Below are positions 10,441-19,000 of a stretch of 64,000 nucleotides of DNA, one piece after another; positions within the stretch are counted from its first letter, which is position 1, and each line of letters opens with the position of its first letter. This stretch comes from Desulfatiglandales bacterium (lineage in GTDB: Bacteria > Desulfobacterota > DSM-4660 > Desulfatiglandales > HGW-15): NCBI GenBank assembly GCA_963667015.2, contig CAXXJJ010000001.1, positions 2,592,001-2,656,000 on the forward strand, written 5' to 3'. The position numbers were made by a program, and so were the translations under genes. The notes below the pieces were generated by a model. The model worked only from the letters and a program-made list of their open reading frames with translations. It did no database searches and was not told the DNA's origin.

Positions 10441-10524
10441 AATAAATCCGCTATACTTTAAAATACTGTCCTATAAATTTATATTGAATTAGAACTTTAA
10501 TTATTTTATATACATAAAATGAAA

Positions 10525-10710
10525 TAGAGGAAGCTGGGTGAAATTCCCGCACTGGCCCGCAACTGTGATTCTGATGCAACTAATATCAGATAAGTCAGAT
10601 ACTCATATAAATGAAAATCCCCGGGGACCGGGATAGTTTATAGTATATTGATTTTATAAAGTATAATTGATGCTATAAAAAAAGGACACGCCCGGGGCGT
10701 GTCCTTTTTA
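10525..10710 (+). promoter_or_regulatory. Short (class II-like) cobalamin riboswitch with terminator
   Basis: GAGGAAG-CTGGGTGAAATTCCCG-CACTGGCCCGCAACTGTGA-[short hairpin]-AAGTCAGATACTC; P13-like ATCCC..GGGAT; terminator GGACACGC-ccgg-GGCGTGTCC-TTTTT at 10684-10709. Confidence 0.8.
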
Positions 10711-10846
10711 TTGTTTGCGCTTAAGCGTGAAAAAACCACCTGCTCTGCAGGTGATAAGCATGTCTTTAGCTATAAGCAAAGAACCTCCAATGCTATATCA
10801 GAAGTAGGATTGCCAACCACATCCAAAAAGCAAAGGAGGTAGTCCA

Positions 10847-11491
10847 TTGGACAAAAATAAAGAAATCGCTTGAATTGGACTATCCCCGGCCAGAGGCCGG
10901 GGTATTACGCCCAATTCATGGCTTCGCCACCGCGATTTCAAAAACATTTTAAGGCAGAGCCTAATGACTCTGACCCCGCCCAAAGGACGGGGTTTTCTAT
11001 GATTAAATAAATTATCACACACGGCTTGGGAATGTAAATATCATATAGTTTTCGCCCCCAAGTATAGAAGGAAAGTTATATATGGAAGTATCCGGGAGGA
11101 TATAGGCAAGATACTGAGAGAACTATGTGACAGGAAAGAAGTAGGAATAATAGAAGCAGAATGTTGTCCTGATCATGTGCATATGTTTGTTCGCATTCCA
11201 CCGAAATATAGTGTTTCCTCGATAATGGGATATCTGAAAGGTAAAAGTTCGCTGATGATATTCGATAGGCACGCAAACCTGAAGTATAAGTATGGAAATC
11301 GCCATTTTTGGTGCAGAGGCTATTATGTTGATACAGTAGGAAAAAATGCAAAAAGAATAGCCGAATATGTAAAGAATCAGTTACAGGAAGATATTACGAC
11401 AGACCAATTAGCGTTAAAAGAATATGTGGACACGTTTACGGGTGAGCCAGTAAATGTAGGCAAGAAATCAAAAAAGCCCCTTAAGGGGTAG
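10847..11491 (+). pseudogene. tnpA: IS200 transposase TnpA interrupted by a 150-bp insertion
   Basis: AAGGAGGT RBS, TTG start at 10847. Removing 150 bp gives MDKNKLSHTAWECKYHIVFAPKYRRK...PDHVHM (HUH)...LKGKSS...FWCRGYYVDTVG...YVKNQ. Confidence 0.85.
10862..11011. mobile_element. 150-bp non-autonomous palindromic element nested in tnpA
   Basis: AAATAAA direct repeat at 10855-10861 and 11005-11011; internal hairpins CCCCGGC-cagag-GCCGGGG and CCCCGCC-caaa-GGACGGGG. Confidence 0.75.
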
Positions 11492-11632
11492 CCTGAGAAC
11501 ATGATGCGGTTGGCAAACCGTTCAGTGTGCCCTCAGGCACAAGCTGGTATCCACCCCTTATAGGGGGAGTGCAGACCACCCGCTGAGCGGGTGGTTCTGA
11601 TTTTTGAAGGTAATTTAAAGAAAGGAGCTAAA

Positions 11633-12543
11633 ATGATTAGAACAAACCGGACTATTCTCACACTCCTGCTGGCATTGGCGCTTATTTTCACTGCAAACGG
11701 GTTGATGGCATCTGAAAAATCCGGGCTGAACCCACAACGTATCATCTCCATGTCGCCTGCCACCACCGAAATTCTTTTTGCCCTGGGGCAAGGTAGTAAG
11801 GTTGTCGGGGTGACGCGCTACGGCGATTACCCCGAAGCGGCCACCACCATTGCCAGGGTGGGCGGATTTATGGACCCCAATTACGAAGAGATTGTCGCGC
11901 TCAAGCCGGACCTGGTCATCCTGCTGACCTCTCATCGTGACGTCAAGGATGAGCTGGAGAAGATGCACATCCGGACCCTGGCGACGCCCCACGAAACAAT
12001 TGCGGATATCCACCAGGCGATCCCCGGCTCATCGGAAATGCCTGCATGGCCGACCAAAGGGCAACGGCCATGCTGAGCCGGTTCGCCGCCAGGACCAAGG
12101 CGATCGGGCAGGCAGTTGAGAACAAACCCCGGCCACGGGTACTGATCTGCATCGGCCGTGACACCGAGTCAGACCAGCTTGCCGGCATGTACATGGCCGG
12201 GTGCAACAATTTTTACGACGAGATCATCCGGGCTGCCGGCGGGGTCAATGCCTGCACGGACACATCTGTTGCCTACCCCCAGGTATCGGCCGAAGGTGTC
12301 ATTCAACTAAATCCCGATGTTATCATCGATCTTGCCGGCCAACTCAAACCCGGCAGCAAGACAGCGGCAGAAATAGCCGGCCAGTGGGACCGGTTGCGGA
12401 CCGTAAGTGCAGTGCGCGAGAGCCGGGTTTATGTGATTGTCAGCAACCACGCCATGCGGCCCGGCCCGCGATACATCCGGTTTCAAGAAGAGCTGGCCCG
12501 TTTGCTTCATCCCGAAGCATTCCCAAAAAGGCCTGTCGTATGA
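11633..12543 (+). pseudogene. btuF: Cobalamin ABC substrate-binding protein (BtuF-like), frameshifted
   Basis: PQRIISMSPATTEILFALG...PNYEEIVALKPDLVI in ORF1; YPQVSAEGVIQLNPDVII...RPGPR in ORF2. Removing 2 C from CCCC at 12022-12025 joins them as HQAIRLIGNACMADQ. Confidence 0.8.
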
Positions 12544-13334
12544 GTGAAGCGGCCCTGGAAATCGAATCGCTTTGCTTTTCCATAAGAGACACTGCAATTC
12601 TTCGCGATGTCTCAACCTGCATCAGGACCGGCGAAACATGGTCGGTCATCGGCGCCAACGGTGCAGGCAAATCGACTCTTCTCAAGTGCCTGATGCGTAT
12701 CCATACGGGCTGGCAGGGCCAGGTGCGTCTTTTTGGCCGTTTGCTAAAGTCCTATTCCCAGCGTGAGCTGGCCCGCCACATGGCCTATGTGCCCCAGGCC
12801 GGAGGCGACCAGCTTTTCCCATATACCGTGCGCGAATTCGTCCGCATGGGGCGCTATGCTTACTCCGGCCCATTTGGTTCAGCCCATCCGGACGACCAAT
12901 CCGCCATTGAAGAGGCCCTGGTTCGAACGGATATCAAGTCCTTTGCCGACCGAACCCTTGAAACCTTGAGCGGAGGCGAACGCCAGAAAGTATTTATTGC
13001 GGCGGCTTTGGCCCAGGGGGCGGATATCCTGCTGCTGGACGAGCCCACCGCCTTTCTGGACTATCGGCACCAGGCCGAGGTCTGCGCTATCCTGCGCGCT
13101 ATCAACAGTGAATCGGACGCCACCATCATGACCGTCACCCACGATGTAAACGCGGCAATTATGACCGGGGGCCATGCCGTGGCCCTGCGCAGGGGCCGGG
13201 TGGCCTGGTGCGGTCCGGTGCATGACCTGGTCAGTAAAGAGCGTCTGGGCCGGATATTCGGCGCAGACTTCCGCTTTATGGATGATCCTGTCACGGGTCT
13301 GCGATTCGTAGCGCCCCAGGGAGCCGGGGTATGA
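12540..13334 (+). CDS. btuD: ABC ATP-binding protein (BtuD/FepC-like)
   Basis: GANGAGKST, LSGGERQKV, LLLDEPT; ATG 12540 overlaps the btuF stop. Confidence 0.85.
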   Translation: MSEAALEIESLCFSIRDTAILRDVSTCIRTGETWSVIGANGAGKSTLLKCLMRIHTGWQGQVRLFGRLLKSYSQRELARHMAYVPQAGGDQLFPYTVREFVRMGRYAYSGPFGSAHPDDQSAIEEALVRTDIKSFADRTLETLSGGERQKVFIAAALAQGADILLLDEPTAFLDYRHQAEVCAILRAINSESDATIMTVTHDVNAAIMTGGHAVALRRGRVAWCGPVHDLVSKERLGRIFGADFRFMDDPVTGLRFVAPQGAGV

Positions 13335-14329
13335 AAAAGTTTAATCACCTGCCCTTTTTTCTCGTTGTTTCCTTCACGGTCCTGTTATGTGCGCCGCTTG
13401 TGGGCGGGCGCGCAATTCCTTTAAATGCCATTTTGCATCCCGGACCTGACATACCCGGGTCCATGATTTTTTGGGAAATTCGTTTGCCCAGGGCCTGCCT
13501 GGCCTGGATGGCCGGGGCCGGACTTGCCGCAGCGGGCATGACTTTCCAGGCCCTGTTTCGCAACGCCCTGGCAACTCCCTTTACCCTGGGCGTTTCCAGC
13601 GGTGCCTCTCTGGGCGCTGCCATCGGCATGCGGCTCGGTTTGGGCGCCACATTTCTGGGTTTTAGCGGGGTTACCACCGGTGCCATGCTGGGCGCACTTA
13701 CGGCCATTGGCATTGTCTACGCCTTGTCGCGCTTCAAGCGCGATTTTACCACCGGCGCCATGCTGCTGGCAGGTGTGGCCGTAAACTTCTTTTTTTCCAG
13801 CCTTATTCTGCTGATCCAGTATACTGCCGATTTTTACGACACCTTCCGCATCCTTCGCTGGCTTATGGGGGGGCTACAAATGGTGGGCTTTGACGCTTCT
13901 CTTCGGATTCTGCCTTTTCTGCTGGCAGGCGCCATCATACTGGCGGCGCGGGTGGGTGAGCTCAACGTACTCACCACAGGAGAGGAACTTGCCGCCAGCC
14001 GCGGGGTCCCGGTGGGGCGGGTCAAGACGACCCTCTTTCTTTCGGTTTCTGTCATGGTGGGCGTCATTGTTTCGATCTGCGGCCCGGTGGGATTTGTCGG
14101 GCTGATGTGCCCCCATATCTGCCGCCTGATAGTGGGTGCGGACCACCGCCGACTGTTTCCTGCCGCCCTGCTCAGCGGGGGTGCCTTTCTGACGGCCTGC
14201 GACACAGTGGCCCGCACGGTCTTCGCACCCACCGAACTTCCGGTCGGCATCTTCACAGCCTTTCTCGGAGGCCCGTTTTTTCTCTGGCTGCTTGTGCGAT
14301 CACACAGGCGCGGTGATCCGGCAGTATAA
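13331..14329 (+). CDS. btuC: FecCD/BtuC-family permease
   Basis: IRLPR, QALFRNALATPFTLGVSSGA, GFVGLMCPHI, ELPVGIFTAFLGGPFF. Confidence 0.88.
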   Translation: MKKFNHLPFFLVVSFTVLLCAPLVGGRAIPLNAILHPGPDIPGSMIFWEIRLPRACLAWMAGAGLAAAGMTFQALFRNALATPFTLGVSSGASLGAAIGMRLGLGATFLGFSGVTTGAMLGALTAIGIVYALSRFKRDFTTGAMLLAGVAVNFFFSSLILLIQYTADFYDTFRILRWLMGGLQMVGFDASLRILPFLLAGAIILAARVGELNVLTTGEELAASRGVPVGRVKTTLFLSVSVMVGVIVSICGPVGFVGLMCPHICRLIVGADHRRLFPAALLSGGAFLTACDTVARTVFAPTELPVGIFTAFLGGPFFLWLLVRSHRRGDPAV

Positions 14330-14472
14330 CCCCGCCCGAATAATAAGACGGGCGGTTTATAATTTTAGATATTTGCCAACATCGATTGCTTCTGAGCCTC
14401 ACTCAACTTCGATCTGTCAAGAGAGTAGCCCTGTCTGATTTAATTTGGTGGTTAAAAGCCATTTTGTTGCTG

Positions 14473-14710
14473 TTTGGCGACCATGTTATTTTGATAACTA
14501 TTTATTATTACAAGACAATATTGATTTTAATTTACCATTTGGCGGATTTGCTGATATTGGCATTTCCGCCAACAGGTATTTTATTGCCCTGATTTTGCTT
14601 TTTAAACTCTATTTTAGCGACAACAGGACTTTGGTAACTGCCTATTATTACTAATGAACTTGGATTTAGATTTTCTATTTAGCGAATTTGGCAGTACCGC
14701 CATTTCCGCT
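14473..14710. repeat. Diverged two-copy tandem repeat, 140-bp period
   Basis: 14473-14570 versus 14613-14710 align without gaps, 66/98 identical by my hand count. Confidence 0.7.
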
Positions 14711-14798
14711 GAATAGCATTGGTTATGATTTCTGATCTACTTCTTTTCTGCTTTTAACAAAAGGAATCACAATCATTATATCAGGTTTGCCGTAAATA

Positions 14799-14830
14799 AA
14801 TCGGGAAAGGAGGAATTCCCTTTCCCGATT
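14799..14830 (-). terminator. Probable terminator hairpin
   Basis: AATCGGGAAAGG-aggaattc-CCTTTCCCGATT, 12-bp stem downstream of the 288-aa gene. Confidence 0.55.
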
Positions 14831-14930
14831 GCGGTATTAATTATATTATAGTTTTCAGTCAGGGAGGCTGTTATTTAATATAAGTTGTCAAAAAGGTTAA
14901 GCCTGCTCCAGTCAATGAACCTGATTAGGG

Positions 14931-15797
14931 TTAGTAATCGTAATAAAAATATACCGTGTAGTATTGATCCAGTTCACCATCGCTAGAATTCGGATCACCG
15001 AACGCAGAGGCTGCATAGTCAGGCTCCAAATCATTGTAGTATGGGTAGTCCAAAACTGTGTATTTCCAGCCTTGAGTGGATGTGGCGCATACATCCTCAA
15101 TGCACACCAGGTAACTGCCTTCAAGAGTCAAGGTGAGTTCATCCTCGGCCCAGTCAGGGTTGCTAAAATGTGCATTGCCACCAGCGGCCAGTGCGTGCAG
15201 GGCTGATGGATTCATCTGCAGGATTTTATCATCATCAGGTTGATTATTAGATGGGTCGAGGTAATCGAGTACATTCCTGTTGACCGTCACCCCGAATTCA
15301 TACCAGTCATCACCACCAGGACCGTCCACATATACATCGATATTGGCAACGGAACTGCTTCCGCTGGTATCTTCAACTACAATATAAGAGTGAACAGTAT
15401 AGGTTACCGTTGGGGAGATATAATAATGGGCAATGACATATGACGCCCCGACACCGAGCAGCTTGATGTCAACGGTGGCAATGTCATCCACCCTGTTGTA
15501 GAGGTTGTCATATTCGTCAACGAATTTGACTACGCTGTCATCGGAAACCGTCCACCAAATATTTCCGGGATCATAAATGGGACCTGTAGAGCCATCATTG
15601 TTTAGACCGATAACGTGGAACCCTTCGATTTTCTCACCAATATCGCCGTAGGGCACAACATAGGTAAAGTCGTACGCATCATCCAGGGTGACGTCATCAT
15701 AAGCCAGGGCTAACGCTGGTGTAATCAGGAGCGCCAGCAGAACAATCAGGCCTGGTAAAGAATTGAAAATCTTTTTTTTCATACTGAAATGTTTCAT
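14931..15797 (-). CDS. Secreted acidic protein: Ig-like region plus DUF4430 (transcobalamin C-terminal)-like region
   Basis: Signal peptide (ALALA|Y); SALHAL...GSYLVCIEDV...GWKYTV pattern resembles DUF4430. Confidence 0.55.
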   Translation of the reverse strand: MKHFSMKKKIFNSLPGLIVLLALLITPALALAYDDVTLDDAYDFTYVVPYGDIGEKIEGFHVIGLNNDGSTGPIYDPGNIWWTVSDDSVVKFVDEYDNLYNRVDDIATVDIKLLGVGASYVIAHYYISPTVTYTVHSYIVVEDTSGSSSVANIDVYVDGPGGDDWYEFGVTVNRNVLDYLDPSNNQPDDDKILQMNPSALHALAAGGNAHFSNPDWAEDELTLTLEGSYLVCIEDVCATSTQGWKYTVLDYPYYNDLEPDYAASAFGDPNSSDGELDQYYTVYFYYDY

Positions 15798-16003
15798 TTT
15801 TTACTCCTTTCTTTCTGTTAATGGTTGAAATCTCCCTTTGAAAACCTTACCGCTTATCAAAACCCGGCAGTCTTTATAAATTCAGGCTCCGGGGTATGGG
15901 CGGCCGGACTTGTTTTAAACAGCGTCACGGCCGCAGTTTTTAAATCCCGCCCCGGAATCGGACAGTCCGGGGCGGGGGCACAATCAGGTCAAACACACAC
16001 CAA

Positions 16004-19000
16004 TCAGGGTACAGCCGTCACCGTCACCTCACAGGTGCCGTTGTAGGTGCCGTCATCAGCCTGGACCGCAATCAAGGCGATGCCGGGAGCCACGGCTGTG
16101 ACCACGCCCTCCCCTGAGACGGTGGCCACAGCGGTGTTGCTGCTGAGCCAGGTCACGGTTTTATCTCCCGGTATGGCATGGGTCAGGGTGGTTGTCTCCT
16201 CGGCCGCCATGGTCAGTTCCGTGGCAGAGAGGCCGGCGTCATCGGCCATGAAAAGGACCGTGGTGGTTGACGGTACACGGGCCATCCGGATGGACATGCT
16301 GCTCAAGCTGGTGGCGCTCAGATCCAGGATAGCAAGGGCATTGGAATCCTGGAAACAAAACAAGCCTATCGAGGTGACACCGGCGGGCACGACCAGATGG
16401 GTGATACCCGATTCCCTGAACGTCCATCCTCCTATTGTGGTTAGTGAATCGGGAAGATCAACGGTGGTGAGTGAAGTGCATCCGGCAAAACTGCCATCTA
16501 GATTGGTGATTCCCTCAGGCAGTACTACCTGTCTCAGATTGGCGCAATATCTGACCACGCCCTGTCCCAGTTGGGTCATCCCGCTCAAATCCGCCTCGGT
16601 AATGCCCGTACTGGCAAAAACGCTGTCGCCAAGGGCAGTGATGCTGGACGGTAGGTTGATGGCCGTTATGCCGGTGCAGCCGCTGAAGAAGCCCATCGGC
16701 AGGGCGGTGATCCCTTCAGGCAGGACAATGTCCGCCATGTCTGTGATGGCGGTGCACCCCTCGAAAAGCTCCCGGCCATCGGCCAGGACCGTGACAGGGA
16801 CTTGTGACAGGTCGGCCTGTGTAAGGGCAATGCAATCCTTGAAAATCTCCGTGCCCATGCTGGAGATAGTGCCTGGCAGGGTGACTGAAACCAGCCCGGT
16901 GCCGGCAAAGCAGCTTTCGCCCAGATGGGTGACCGTTTCCGGCAAGGCGATGCCGGACAGGTATTCGTATACTTCAAAGGCATTGTCAAGGATCTCGGTA
17001 ATGCCGGTGCAGCCGCTGAAATCCAGGCTGCTGAGCATGGTCCAGTCAAAGACCGCCCCTGTGGCCGAAGCGGGGGTCAGGGCTGTATTACCGGACAGGT
17101 CGATGGTGGAGACACTGCGCAGGTATTTCATCACCGCCATATCCGCATCAGTCAGATCCAGGTTGGATAGGTCCAGGTCAAACTGGATGGCACCCAGTTC
17201 ATCATAGGTAAGGGGGCCGTTGTAGTCCGAGCCTTTTCCTGCGGCCACGGCCAGTCTTTGCATAAAGGCCGTATTGGCGATGGAGACGCTTGTCTCGCCT
17301 TCATACACCGCTTCCAGGGTGACCACGATGGTATAGGTCCTTATGGAGCTGCCCGTGGTGACCGCCACCTTGAAGATATTCTCGCCGGCGGACAGGTCGA
17401 CCGGATCAGACGGGGTCCCAGCGGCAACAGCACTTCCGTTGACGCTAAGGGTGGACGCTGCATCGGCCGGTGTGGCGGTGATCTGCAGCGGGGTAAAGTA
17501 ATCGCCCCCTGCGGTATAATAGACACGCAGGGGATCAAATGCCTGGTCCGGGGTGGCCCCGGTCAGGGAAAGGGCTGCCAGGCCGGGGGATTCGGTTTCC
17601 GTGAAGGTGACCCGGCAGTAGTCGAAGTAGGTTCCGTCCTCAGACGACACAAGGATCAAAGCCGTACCGGCGCTGACCCCGGTCACCACCCCGTCGGCCG
17701 ATACCTCTGCCACGTCAGGATTGGTGCTGCTCCAGACCACTGCCAGGCCGTCGGGAATGGCATGGGAAAGGGTCAGGTCGGCTTCGCCGATGTTCAACTC
17801 CGCTGTGGTGGTATCCAGCCCTGCGGACTGAGCGCCCGGATACACCACCAGGGCGATGTCCGGTATCAACCAGTCGGCGGTGTCAGCGGCGGTAAACGCG
17901 GTTTGCCGCAAATCAAGCAGGCCAAGGGCGCTGTCTTTAAAACATCCATACCCGATTTCCGTTACACCGGCCGGGATAGTCAAATCGTGTAACTGCCCGC
18001 ATTCTTCGAAACTGCCGCTTCCTATGGACGTCAGGGACGATGGCAGGATGATACTTTTTAATCCGGATACGGAAAAACTACCGCTTTCAAGGGTTTCCAG
18101 GCCATCGGGCAGGTCGATTTGGATCAGGGAAGTACAGTCTTTAAAGGCAGAAGTTCCAATATATTTCAGCGACAGGGGCAGGACCACACTGGACAGCCTG
18201 GTGCAGCCCATAAAGCTGTACGTGTCGATACGTGTCATCGTCTCAGGCAGAACAATGCCCGTAAGATTCTCGATTTCCCTAAAACCGTCATTAACAAATC
18301 TTTCAATACCGGTACATCCGCTGAAATCCAGGCTTTTTGGCGTGGTCCAGTCAAAGGGGGCCGGGCTTAGGCTCCATGTAAGAGCGGTGTTATCGGAAAG
18401 ATCGATGGCTGACACTCCGGTCAAATACTTCATCACCGCCATATCCCAATTGTTCAAATCCGTAGCGGAGAGATCAATGGTTCCGGTAATGGCGGCCAGC
18501 TCTGTCACGGTCAGGTTTTCGGTGTAAATACCTGCATCCTTGCCTGCGGCCACTGCCAGCCGGTCCTTGATGGCGGGGTTGCCGATGGCCACCTGGCCGT
18601 CTTCTTTTTCCGTGACCGCTGCCATGTCGATAGTGATGGTATAGGTTTTGGTGATCCCGCCGGAGGTCACAGTAATCGTAAGAACGGTCTCCGGATAGGT
18701 CAGGTCCACTTCCGTTGTACTGCCGGCAGTCACGGTTTCGTTGTTGAGCGTCAGGATCGAACCCGAATCAGTGGCATCCAAGGTCACACTGGTGGTCCTT
18801 ATATCACCGGCAATATCTGCGGTGTAGATATAGGCCAGGGAATCAAAGTTATGGTTCAGATCGATGCCGGACAGTTCAAGGCTGCTCAAGGTGGCCAGGC
18901 CGTTGTCAGTGACCGTCACCCGGCAATACCCGCTGTGGGAATCCGACTCTGATTTGACGTAAATATATGCGATGCCGCCGGAAACACCGGACACCACCCC

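Larger units (their letters stand above)
10725..11600 (+). mobile_element. IS200/IS605-family element (tnpA only)
   Basis: Subterminal hairpins CACCTGC-tct-GCAGGTG (10737-10753) and ACCACCCGC-tga-GCGGGTGGT (11575-11595) flank a HUH transposase; ends approximate. Confidence 0.85.

Noticed and set aside
12201..12539. N-terminal extension of the 377-aa ABC ATPase ORF
   Set aside because: Overlaps the btuF C-terminal half in another frame; the real start is ATG 12540, coupled to the btuF stop
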